DNA of 64,000 bases from Stellaceae bacterium. GTDB lineage: Bacteria > Pseudomonadota > Alphaproteobacteria > ATCC43930 > CGMCC-115725. Under the pieces are notes generated by a model, which saw only the letters and a list, made by a program, of their open reading frames with translations, was not told the DNA's origin and did no database searches. Positions 37,995 through 46,802 of this stretch are shown here, one piece after another. Location: assembly GCA_035553515.1 (NCBI GenBank), contig DATNDG010000073.1:6034-70033 (forward strand), written 5' to 3'. How positions within the stretch are numbered: the stretch's first letter is position 1; each line of letters opens with the position of its first letter. The translations under genes and the position numbers were made by a program.

Positions 37995-39542
37995 TTAAGG
38001 CCGCATCGCCGTCCTCACCGGGCCCGCTTCGCGCAGCTTGGCGGCAAGATTGGCGAATTCACACAAGAGCGGCCGCGTGTCGCGGGGATCGATGATCTCC
38101 TCGACCCCGAACGCCTCGGCCACTCGGAAGGGCGAGCGTACGCGATTCAGGCGCTCCTCGATGTCACGCCTCAGCGCCTCGGCGTCGGGCGCCGCTTCGA
38201 GGTCGGCGCGGTAGGCGGCTTCGATCCCGCCCTCGACTGGCAAAGAGCCCCAGTCGCCCGAAGGCCAGGCGTAGCGGTAGTGGAGCCGCGCGTGATTGGT
38301 ATGCGCCGCACCGGCGACACCGAAGGCCTTGCGCACCAGGATCGAGCACCACGGCACCTGCGCCTGGTAGACCGCGGCAAGCGCGCGAGCGCCGTGGCGG
38401 ATGGTTCCGGCCTTTTCGGCTTCGAGCCCGATGATGAAGCCCGGGATATCGACGAGATGCACCACCGGCAGGTGAAAGGTATTGGCGAGATCGACGAAGC
38501 GCGTGATCTTCTGCGACGCGGCAGCCGTCCAGCCGCCGCCATAGATGTAGGGGTCGCTCGCAAGCACGGCGACGGGCCAGCCGTCGAGCCGCGCCAGGCC
38601 GGTGATCGCCGACCCGCCGAATTTGCGCCCGATCTCGAAGAAGCTGTCGCGGTCGACGACGGCGCGCACGATGCGCCGCATGTCATAGACCTTGCGACGG
38701 TCCTGCGGCACCGCCTCGATCAGCCAGGGATCGCGGCGCTCGGCATCATCGGCGATCGCGCCGCGCAGCGGCAGCTCGTACACTGACGAAGGCAGGTAGG
38801 ACAGAAACCGCCGCGCGCGCGCGAATGCCTCATCCTCGCTCGCGACCACATCATCGATCGCGCCGGCCCGGGCGTGGATCGCACTGCCGCCGAGCTCTTC
38901 CTTGGTGAGGTTCTGGCCGAGCCGCGCCACCACCGGCGGCCCGGCGATGAACATCTGCGAGATGCCTTCCACCATGAGCGAGTAATGAGCGGTCACGAGA
39001 CGCGCAGCGCCGAGTCCTGCCACCGAGCCCAACCCCAGCGCCACCACCGGCACCGTGCCAAGATTGGCGACCACCAGATCCCAGGCCGGATTTGCCGGAA
39101 CATAGGTGCGCCCCTCGGTTTCGAGCGTCTTCACCGAACCACCGCCGCCCGTCCCGTCCACCAGACGGATCAGTGGCAGGCGAAGCTCCAACGCCATCTG
39201 CTCGCCGATGATCTGCTTGCCGCGGATCGATGCGTCTGCGGCACCGCCGCGCACCGTGAAATCGTCGCCCCCCACCACCACCGGCCGGCCCTCGATAAGG
39301 CCACGCCCGACGACGAAATTCGCCGCCATGAAGCTGTCGAGGGTGCCGGCCGCGCCATACTGCGCCTTTCCGGCGATCGCGCCCACCTCGTGAAAGCTGC
39401 CGGGATCGAGAAGCCTGGCAATCCGCTCGCGTACAGTCAGCTTGCCGCCGTCATGCTGGCGTTTGACCTTCTCGGCTCCGCCCATTTGCCGCGCCAGCGC
39501 CTCCCGCCGGCGCAGCTCCTCGATGTCGCTTTCCCAGCCCAT
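37995..39542 (-). CDS. acyl-CoA carboxylase carboxyltransferase (beta) subunit
   Basis: 515 aa. KLTVRERIARLLDPGSF, GGDDFTVRGG, VDGTGGGG, and GPPVV in the central region. Confidence 0.88.
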   Translation of the reverse strand: MGWESDIEELRRREALARQMGGAEKVKRQHDGGKLTVRERIARLLDPGSFHEVGAIAGKAQYGAAGTLDSFMAANFVVGRGLIEGRPVVVGGDDFTVRGGAADASIRGKQIIGEQMALELRLPLIRLVDGTGGGGSVKTLETEGRTYVPANPAWDLVVANLGTVPVVALGLGSVAGLGAARLVTAHYSLMVEGISQMFIAGPPVVARLGQNLTKEELGGSAIHARAGAIDDVVASEDEAFARARRFLSYLPSSVYELPLRGAIADDAERRDPWLIEAVPQDRRKVYDMRRIVRAVVDRDSFFEIGRKFGGSAITGLARLDGWPVAVLASDPYIYGGGWTAAASQKITRFVDLANTFHLPVVHLVDIPGFIIGLEAEKAGTIRHGARALAAVYQAQVPWCSILVRKAFGVAGAAHTNHARLHYRYAWPSGDWGSLPVEGGIEAAYRADLEAAPDAEALRRDIEERLNRVRSPFRVAEAFGVEEIIDPRDTRPLLCEFANLAAKLREAGPVRTAMRP

Positions 39543-39770
39543 CGGTCCTTTTTCCTCTGGCGGGACAGGATGCTAGCAGCCTCGGGTGCGCTCGGCCATG
39601 GCTGTGAGGCTGACGCCCCGGTTATCCAGGCCGCCGACAATGCACGTAAAGCTTGGGATGATCGGGACGCACCGGACGTTTATAACCCTTGCCCGGTCAG
39701 GGCGCGTTGCGCCATGCTGATGTTCTAGCGCAGGTAGACTTTCGCTTCCTGCGCAAAACCGAAATCACGA

Positions 39771-41135
39771 GTGATGTTGCTTATGATGTTTTCTTCTTCG
39801 ACGCGCAGGCTCGCTGCGCCCGCGCTTGCGGCCGCTGTGCTGACTTCCCTGGCCGGCTGTGCCGGTTCGCCTTCCACCGGCTCACAGGATGCCGATCTCG
39901 CGCTCATCCACGAGGTCATGGCGAAGGTGCGGGAAGGCTATGTCGAGCCGGTCACCGAAGACCGGCTGACCAAGGATAGCCTCAAAGGCATGCTCACCGG
40001 GCTCGATCCGCATTCTGACTATATGGACGAATCCGAATACCAGGAGATGCTGTCGGATAGCGAGGGCGAGTTTACCGGCATCGGCGCCGAACTGACGCGC
40101 GATGACAGCCACCCGAAGATCCTGTCGCCCATCGACGACACGCCGGCTGCGCTTGCGGGCATCAAGCCAGGCGATGTCATTCTGCGCATCGACGGCATCC
40201 CCACGGAGACGATGACGCTCAAGGATGCCGTCGACCGGTTGCGCGGGCCGGCGGGATCGACGGTGCGGATGACCATCCTGCGCACCGGCAAGCCGCCTTT
40301 CGACGTGACGCTGACACGGGCGGTGATCCGCGTCGCCTCCGTCAAATCGCATCTCGAGCCTGGCCATATCGGCTACATCCGCATCAGCACCTTCATGGAG
40401 AAGACACAGAGCGAGTTCGTCGACGCGCTTGAGCGGCTGAAGCGCCAATCCGGCGGCAAGCTTGACGGGCTGGTGCTCGACCTGCGCAACGATCCCGGCG
40501 GCCTGTTGGATAGCGCCGTCAATGTCTCGGGCGATTTCCTCGACGGCGGCACGGTAGTCTCGATCCGCGGCCGCTCGGAGGGCGAGGACGAGACCTTCGA
40601 TGCGCGCCCCGACGGCGACCGGCTGCACGGCGTTCCGGTGGTCGTGCTAATCAACAGCGCCTCCGCTTCCGCTTCCGAGATCGTCGCCGGCGCCCTGCAG
40701 GACCGCCATCGCGCCACCGTCCTCGGTACGCGCAGCTTCGGCAAGGGCTCGGTGCAGACCATCATCCCGCTCGACGGTCACGGTGCGCTGCGGCTGACCA
40801 CCGCGCGCTACTACACACCGTCCGGACGCTCGATCCAGGGCGAAGGCATAACGCCCGATCAGGTCGTCCTGCCGCCAAAGAACGAGCAGGTGGTCGACGC
40901 TACCGTCGTGCATGAGAACAACCTGCCGGGCGCGCTCAAGAATACCGGACCCGAAGACAGCGACACCGGCCGGAAGACCACCGCCCTCTCGCCAGCCTCG
41001 CAGAAAGAGGAAGCGAGCGAGGACGTGGCCATCGATCCGGCGGTGATCGGCACATCCAAGGATTACCAGCTCCAGATCGCAGTGAAGCAGCTGAAGGAGA
41101 TGGTCGCGCGCGGCGGTCCGGCCGGCCGGACCTGA
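39771..41135 (+). CDS. S41 family C-terminal processing peptidase (lipoprotein)
   Basis: 454 aa with lipobox LTSLAGC. PDZ domain (SPIDDTPAALAGIKPGDVILRIDG). LDLRNDPGG and SASASEI...SFGKGSVQ carry the Ser/Lys dyad. Confidence 0.9.
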   Translation: MMLLMMFSSSTRRLAAPALAAAVLTSLAGCAGSPSTGSQDADLALIHEVMAKVREGYVEPVTEDRLTKDSLKGMLTGLDPHSDYMDESEYQEMLSDSEGEFTGIGAELTRDDSHPKILSPIDDTPAALAGIKPGDVILRIDGIPTETMTLKDAVDRLRGPAGSTVRMTILRTGKPPFDVTLTRAVIRVASVKSHLEPGHIGYIRISTFMEKTQSEFVDALERLKRQSGGKLDGLVLDLRNDPGGLLDSAVNVSGDFLDGGTVVSIRGRSEGEDETFDARPDGDRLHGVPVVVLINSASASASEIVAGALQDRHRATVLGTRSFGKGSVQTIIPLDGHGALRLTTARYYTPSGRSIQGEGITPDQVVLPPKNEQVVDATVVHENNLPGALKNTGPEDSDTGRKTTALSPASQKEEASEDVAIDPAVIGTSKDYQLQIAVKQLKEMVARGGPAGRT

Positions 41136-41142
41136 CCCGGGC

Positions 41143-42000
41143 TCAGGCGAACGGCCGCTCTGTCCACCAGGGGAAGAACCCCGGCATGTCCCGGCTAACC
41201 TGCTGGGTGAAGTGCGGCTTCCGCTTTTCCAGGAACGAGGCAACGCCTTCATAGGCGTCCGGCGAGCGTCCCATCGCCTGTATACCGCGCGAATCGATCT
41301 TGTGCGCCTCCATCGGATGGTCGGCGCCGAGCATGCGCCAGAGCATCTGCCGCGCCATGGCCGCCGACACTGCAGAGGTGTTCTCGGCAATCTCGCGCGC
41401 GACGGCGCGCGCCGCAGGGAGCAACTCCGGCAACGGCAGCACCGCCTTGACGAGCCCGCCCGCCCGCGCCTCCTCGGCGCCGAAGACACGGCCGGTCAGC
41501 ACCCAATCGAGCGCCTGCTGAATGCCGACGAGACGCGGCAGAAACCAGCTGCTGCACGCTTCCGGAACCACGCCACGCCGGGTGAAGACGAAGCCGAAGC
41601 GCGCGCCATCGGCGGCGAGACGCATGTCCATCGGCAATTGCATGGTGGCGCCGACGCCGACCGCCGGGCCGTTGACCGCCGCGATCACCGGTTTGCGGCA
41701 CTCGAAGATGCGCAGACTGACCGTGCCGCCACCGTCGCGGCGCTGCTCTTCCGCGGCAATCGCGCCCCGCGCCGCGTAGTCGAAGGTCTTGGCGCCGGCG
41801 GAAAGGTCGGCGCCGGCGCAAAAGGCGCGGCCGGCGCCGGTGACGATGACCGCGCGGACCGCATCATCGGCATCGATGCGGTCGAAGGCGTCCAGCAGCT
41901 CCAGCCGCATGGTGTTGGTGAAGGCGTTGAGCTTCTCCGGACGATTGAGGGTGATGGTGGCGATCCCGTCGTCGACCGCGTAGAGGATCTCGCTGAACAT
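41143..42000 (-). CDS. enoyl-CoA hydratase/isomerase family protein
   Basis: ATG 42000 (MFSEILYAVDDGIATITLNRPEKLNAF). GAGRAFCAGADL, AAVNGPAVGVG. Confidence 0.9.
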   Translation of the reverse strand: MFSEILYAVDDGIATITLNRPEKLNAFTNTMRLELLDAFDRIDADDAVRAVIVTGAGRAFCAGADLSAGAKTFDYAARGAIAAEEQRRDGGGTVSLRIFECRKPVIAAVNGPAVGVGATMQLPMDMRLAADGARFGFVFTRRGVVPEACSSWFLPRLVGIQQALDWVLTGRVFGAEEARAGGLVKAVLPLPELLPAARAVAREIAENTSAVSAAMARQMLWRMLGADHPMEAHKIDSRGIQAMGRSPDAYEGVASFLEKRKPHFTQQVSRDMPGFFPWWTERPFA

Positions 42001-42043
42001 TGCTGTCTTTCGTCCTTCCCGGCGTTGCCACCAGGCGCCGCGG

Positions 42044-42443
42044 TCAGACGATCGCGATGCTCGGCGCTCCGCCCTCTTTCCAGATATTGAAGACGGCATC
42101 CCACTCGGCAATCTGCCGGCTGCGCATGCGCCAGAACTCCCTGCCGCGGCCACGCACGCCTTCCCATGAGGTGTCCCAATCGTTGCCTATGAGATCGCTC
42201 ATCACCATGCGCAGATTTCTCGAGACGTTAGCGGCGCTGCCGCGCGAAGCGGGCACGGAGGAGGCGCTCGATCGCGGCGCGATCGCGCATCTCCGGGAAA
42301 TCGCCGAAGCGAGCGACCGCGTCTTCGGTAAAGCCGGTGACGATGCTGGCGATATCAGCGCGCGCGAACCGCGCTTCGACGTCCTTCACGATGTCGGCCG
42401 CGATCGCGAGCGTCAGCGCGTCGCCTGATTGCGTCGCCGCCAT
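42044..42443 (-). pseudogene. NTF2-like (SnoaL-type) protein, split by a 1-nt frameshift
   Basis: Track ORFs 42228..42443 (...FPEMRDRAAIERLLRARFARQRR*) and 42044..42256 (...NVSRNLRMVMSDLIGNDWDTSWEG...FWRMRSRQIAEWDAVFNIWKEGG) are adjacent halves in different frames. They join at the taa at 42228-42230. Confidence 0.6.
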
Positions 42444-42473
42444 CCTGCCCTCCCCGCTCGATTCGACCGCGGC

Positions 42474-42731
42474 TCAGTCTTCCTCGGCGAGCACCTCGCT
42501 TGCATGCTCGTGCTCGGCGAGCCGCTCCTCGCAGCGCTCGGCCAGCTCGACGAGCTCCGCCGCTTCGCTGCCGCTCGTCTCCTCGGCGGCGCGGCGGCAC
42601 CGCTCCGCCATTTGGCGCAGATAGACGATGCTTCCTGAACGGCCGATCATGTGCCCCCAGCCTCCGGCGAGCGCCTTTTTCTGCCTGTGGATAAGTTTCT
42701 GCTGACGCGAAGTTCTCGCCGTCTCACTCAT
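42474..42731 (-). CDS. hypothetical protein (acidic C-terminus)
   Basis: 85-aa ORF with no recognised family. Plausible codon usage. Confidence 0.35.
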   Translation of the reverse strand: MSETARTSRQQKLIHRQKKALAGGWGHMIGRSGSIVYLRQMAERCRRAAEETSGSEAAELVELAERCEERLAEHEHASEVLAEED

Positions 42732-42812
42732 AGCCGTGCCGCCGAGGGTTGTCCATCGGCCCTCCGGCGGGGCAATATCCAGCCGCCGAAACCGCGTTGC
42801 CCCTGCCGCAAC

Positions 42813-43622
42813 ATGGATGCGCCTATACCTTCGATTTCCATGCCGGTCCGAGCGCTGCTGCTTGGCGAGCGCCTCGATACGCGCGGGCTGGAGCGCGACG
42901 ACACCATCGCCACCAACCCGCTGACGCTGCGCATCGGCCGCAACGGCATCGCTTTTCTCTTCCGCTACGGTGTCGCCGTCTTCGCCGGATTGTCGGCGAT
43001 CGAGGAGGACGAGGTCGTGCGCTCGCTGCGCCCGCGCATCAGCGAGCCGGCGGCTGCGCCGGAGACCGATCAGCTCCAGATCCTGATCAGGCCCGGTGGC
43101 GAGGATCAGGTCGATCCCTCGGGCGCCATCCTGCTCCGGGAAGCGTCCGCAGAGCGGCTGCAGATCGTCGCCAATGTGCTGTCGAAGAGTCTAATCCTAT
43201 CTCATTACGAGGCCCGCATCGCCAATGCTTTCGATCAGATCGAGCCGCTGGCCGAGCGGCTACAGAGGACTGGCCGCAGCGGCTACCAGGCGCGGCAGCT
43301 GTTGCAGCAAATCGGTCGGGTACTGCTGACCCAGCAGCGCATGGTCGGACGCGCGGAGATGGAGGAGAAGCCCGACGTGCTCTGGGATCACCCGGAGCTC
43401 GAGCGGCTTTACGCGCGGCTCGAGGACGAATATGAACTCGCCGAGCGCAGCCGCGCCCTGGAGGCCAAGCTTGTGCTGGTCAGCGATACCGTCGGCACGG
43501 TGCTCGACCTCGTGCAAAACCAGCGCGCCGTAAGGCTCGAATGGTACATCATCGGACTGATCGTCATCGAGATTCTGCTCAGCGTCGCGGACATGATGCT
43601 GCGGCTGCGCGGCGCAGGCTAA
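42813..43622 (+). CDS. RMD1/DUF155 family protein
   Basis: ATG 42813. ...IAFLFRYGVAVFAGLS...LSKSLILSHYE... with a C-terminal TM helix (WYIIGLIVIEILLSV). Confidence 0.75.
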   Translation: MDAPIPSISMPVRALLLGERLDTRGLERDDTIATNPLTLRIGRNGIAFLFRYGVAVFAGLSAIEEDEVVRSLRPRISEPAAAPETDQLQILIRPGGEDQVDPSGAILLREASAERLQIVANVLSKSLILSHYEARIANAFDQIEPLAERLQRTGRSGYQARQLLQQIGRVLLTQQRMVGRAEMEEKPDVLWDHPELERLYARLEDEYELAERSRALEAKLVLVSDTVGTVLDLVQNQRAVRLEWYIIGLIVIEILLSVADMMLRLRGAG

Positions 43623-43631
43623 GGCCAGACA

Positions 43632-44468
43632 TCACCCCCGACCAGCCGTCCTGCGGTCGACATCGGCAGGCGCAGCGCCCGGACGATAGCCGAAGGAGTA
43701 GACACGCCGCTGATGGCGGCGGTCGGCATCGGCGTGTGGACCGAGATCCCACAGCTCCAGCGTGTACCACCAGCTCGCCTTGGGCTGCTGCGGTCCGGCA
43801 ATCGGCGCGAGGTTGAGGACAACGTAGCTGCCGCCGATGCGCAGCAGCTCACTCGCATGATCATTGCTGCCGATGGCGTTGTGCTTAGCGAGCCAGTCGC
43901 CATCTTCGGCTTGTGCCGTCGACAGCAGGCGGCAGCCCCGCGGCGCGACCGCTACATAGGTGCCGGGAATGAGCGCCGGGTGGTCGCTCTCTTGCGACGC
44001 AGCGCCGCGCCCGCGATCGGCCAGCACATAATGTTCGCCGCGGAACACCAATACCTCGTCGCTGCGTCGGCCGGAGACGGGGATCTCCAGTCGATAGACG
44101 GCAAAGCCGCGCGTTGCAGCATAAGGGCGATGCGCGACGGTGATGCCCAGCGGATCGAGCCCGCGGCAGCGCTTGCGCAGGCGCAGATAGCTCGGCATGT
44201 CAGGCTGGTCCGAGCGCTCGACCGGCTCGATCACGGTAAAATCGCCCTGCCGCAGCTTCGCCAGCAGGGGCGCGCAGTCGACGCCCTCGCCGCAGCCGCC
44301 CTCCGGCTTGAAGGCGCGGCCGTTCAGCAACTGAGCGATCGTTGCCTTGGCGTGATCGGCGTAGGCATGGGATGCTTGCGGGGCGGCATCGGCCACCGGC
44401 GTCAGCATCAACGCCGCGGCGAGCGCAAGAGCCGACCATGCCGGCCGCGCTCCGATCTTCTTCTTCAT
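43632..44468 (-). CDS. secreted hypothetical protein
   Basis: ATG 44468. MKKKIGARPAWSALALAAALMLTPVADA is a signal peptide. No recognised family. Confidence 0.55.
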   Translation of the reverse strand: MKKKIGARPAWSALALAAALMLTPVADAAPQASHAYADHAKATIAQLLNGRAFKPEGGCGEGVDCAPLLAKLRQGDFTVIEPVERSDQPDMPSYLRLRKRCRGLDPLGITVAHRPYAATRGFAVYRLEIPVSGRRSDEVLVFRGEHYVLADRGRGAASQESDHPALIPGTYVAVAPRGCRLLSTAQAEDGDWLAKHNAIGSNDHASELLRIGGSYVVLNLAPIAGPQQPKASWWYTLELWDLGPHADADRRHQRRVYSFGYRPGAAPADVDRRTAGRG

Positions 44469-44975
44469 GCCGCTGGGGCGTCCCATCGGGCTCCTCTGGT
44501 CATCTCCGCGCCAGCGTCTCGGCCACGAGGGCACGGCAAGCGCCCGGCCGGCGGCGCACCGCCAAGTCGGCAGCAGCATGGCGGGCGCGGCGCCGTTCAC
44601 AAAGCCGCCTCATTGTCGCACCGCGCGGACAATCACACCACCCGGGAAACCAATTCGATAGCGGCAAAAAGTGGCATTTGGGAGCAATCGCGGCGAATCC
44701 ACGGGTTTTTGCCCGCGGCACAGGCGGCGGGCGAGCCTTTCGGCGGCGCCCCACCGGCGATCGGCATGGGACCCGGCTCGGTGCTTGTGCATGCGCTCCG
44801 CATTGCGATCGTCAGCGGTCGCTCGTATGGCAATTCCTCAGCCTCTACACCACGACCGCCATATACCTCTATCTTGATCGCGCAGCCTTGGCTTTGCACC
44901 ACTGGCGGAGCTGGGGCCGTGGGCGCACGCGCACGGCAACCGAGCGCTACCGGAGATCCAGAACGGGCCCGCACC

Positions 44976-45164
44976 ATGTCGAAGCACGATGACGACGAGA
45001 ACGAGGGCGATGACCGCAGAACGCGGAGCCTGGCCGGGCTCGCGGCGATCCTGCTCCTTGCAGTGATCGCGCTTTATCTGATCGACCGGTTGCGGGGCGT
45101 GTCGGAGCTGCAGGACTGCTTCATGTCGGGACGGACCAATTGCGCACCGATCGACACCCGCTGA
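44976..45164 (+). CDS. small membrane protein (acidic N-terminus, one TM, Cys-containing tail)
   Basis: 62 aa: MSKHDDDENEGDDRRTRSLAGLAAILLLAVIALYLIDRLRGVSELQDCFMSGRTNCAPIDTR. It forms the tail of the long spurious track ORF 43713..45164. Confidence 0.45.
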   Translation: MSKHDDDENEGDDRRTRSLAGLAAILLLAVIALYLIDRLRGVSELQDCFMSGRTNCAPIDTR

Positions 45165-45279
45165 CGGGGCTCGCCGCCCGCTGGCTGACGGCGGCAGGAG
45201 GGCGCGGCGGGCTTCAGCTTCGCGGCAGCAAGCCCGGCTGCAGCTTGCAGCCCTGCCGATACCGTCCTAAATCGCCGGC

Positions 45280-46074
45280 ATGCCTCAGGTTGAGCGCCGC
45301 TTTCTCACCACCGTGTCGCACTATGTTGCGGGGCGGCTTCGTTATCCGCCGCCGCTCATTACCGCCGTCGCCGATGCGGTACGGCTCGAGCGCAGCGACC
45401 GGCTGCTCGATCTCGGCTGCGGTCCCGGCTTTCTTGCGATCGCTTTCGCGCCCCATGTCGCTGAGGTAGTGGCGATGGATCCCGAACCCGCCATGCTCGC
45501 CGCGGCCGAAGCAGCGGCGCAGGGTGCGAAGGGACGCTTTAGCTTCGTGCTCGGCGGCTCGGAGCAGCTCGGGCCCGAGCTCGGGCGCTTCGCGCTCGTT
45601 ACCATGGGGCGCTCCTTCCACTGGATGGACCGACCGCGGACGCTTGCCACGCTCGACCGCATGATCAAGCCCACGGGCGGCGTCGCGCTGTTCGTGGATC
45701 GCCAACCCGACGCGCCGGAGAATGCCTGGCACAAGGCATGGCGCGCGACGCGCGAACGCTTCGCTTTGCAGGAAGCGGCGCCGCGCCCAGCGGACGCGAA
45801 GGATCACGCATCGGTGCTGCGGCAGTCGGCCTTCAGCAACGTCCGCCGGCTCGCCGAACGCTATTGCCGACGGACGAGCGTGGACGAGCTGGTCGCACGC
45901 GCGCTCTCCACCTCCACGACTTCGCCGGCGGTGCTCGGCCAAGACCAGGCGCGATTCGAGCAGGAGATCCGCGCGGCCGTGGCACCCTTTGCAGAAAACG
46001 GCGCCGTCACCGAGCTCGTGGAGGCGGAGGCGCTGCTTGCCACCCGGCCGCCGACCGGTCAGCCGCCGAGATAG
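45280..46074 (+). CDS. class I SAM-dependent methyltransferase
   Basis: 264 aa. LLDLGCGPGFLA is SAM motif I. Confidence 0.85.
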   Translation: MPQVERRFLTTVSHYVAGRLRYPPPLITAVADAVRLERSDRLLDLGCGPGFLAIAFAPHVAEVVAMDPEPAMLAAAEAAAQGAKGRFSFVLGGSEQLGPELGRFALVTMGRSFHWMDRPRTLATLDRMIKPTGGVALFVDRQPDAPENAWHKAWRATRERFALQEAAPRPADAKDHASVLRQSAFSNVRRLAERYCRRTSVDELVARALSTSTTSPAVLGQDQARFEQEIRAAVAPFAENGAVTELVEAEALLATRPPTGQPPR

Positions 46075-46802
46075 GCCTTCACCACCGACGCATCGGCGGC
46101 GAGTTCCGCCGGCGTGCCCGACATGACGATCTGTCCGTCGCGCAGGATGTAGGCGCGGTTCGCCACCGAAAAGCCGGAACTCAGGCTCTGCTCGGCGAGC
46201 AGTACGCTCATGCCCTGGCTCTGCAGCCTCGGCAGCATCCGGAAGATCGAGAGCACGACCTTGGGCGCGAGTCCGGCGGAGGGCTCGTCGAGCAGCAGCA
46301 GCCGCGGGTCGGTCATCAGCGCGCGGGCAATCGCCACCATCATCTGCTCGCCGCCGGAAAGCGTGCCTGCCGCCTGACGCAGCCGCGCGGCAATTTCCGG
46401 GAACAGCCCCAGCACGCGCTCGCGCAGCTCGGCGCGACGCGACGCAGAGCAGAGGCGACCGCCGAGCTGGAGATGCTCGGCCACCGACATGCGCGGGAAG
46501 AGCTCGCGTCCGCTCGGCACATGGCCGATGCCGGCGCGCGCGACCAGGTGCGCCGGACGGCCGCCGATCGACTCACCGAAGAGGCGGACGCTGCCGGAAC
46601 GCGGCGCGAGAATGCCGGCGATGGTCCGCAGCAGCGTCGTCTTTCCCGCGCCATTCGCGCCCAGCAGCATCGTGATGCCACCGGCCTCTATCTCGAGCGA
46701 CACGCCATGCAGGATGGTCAAGGGACCGATGCCGGTGACGACGTTCTCGACGCTCAGCGCCGGAGCGGATGCCGGCTGCGTCGCCGGCGCAGCGACGCTC
46801 AC
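46059..46802 (-). CDS. branched-chain amino acid (HAAT) ABC transporter ATP-binding protein, LivF-like
   Basis: 247 aa. GANGAGKTT (Walker A), LSGGEQ (signature), LLLDEPS (Walker B). Confidence 0.9.
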   Translation of the reverse strand: MSVAAPATQPASAPALSVENVVTGIGPLTILHGVSLEIEAGGITMLLGANGAGKTTLLRTIAGILAPRSGSVRLFGESIGGRPAHLVARAGIGHVPSGRELFPRMSVAEHLQLGGRLCSASRRAELRERVLGLFPEIAARLRQAAGTLSGGEQMMVAIARALMTDPRLLLLDEPSAGLAPKVVLSIFRMLPRLQSQGMSVLLAEQSLSSGFSVANRAYILRDGQIVMSGTPAELAADASVVKAYLGG

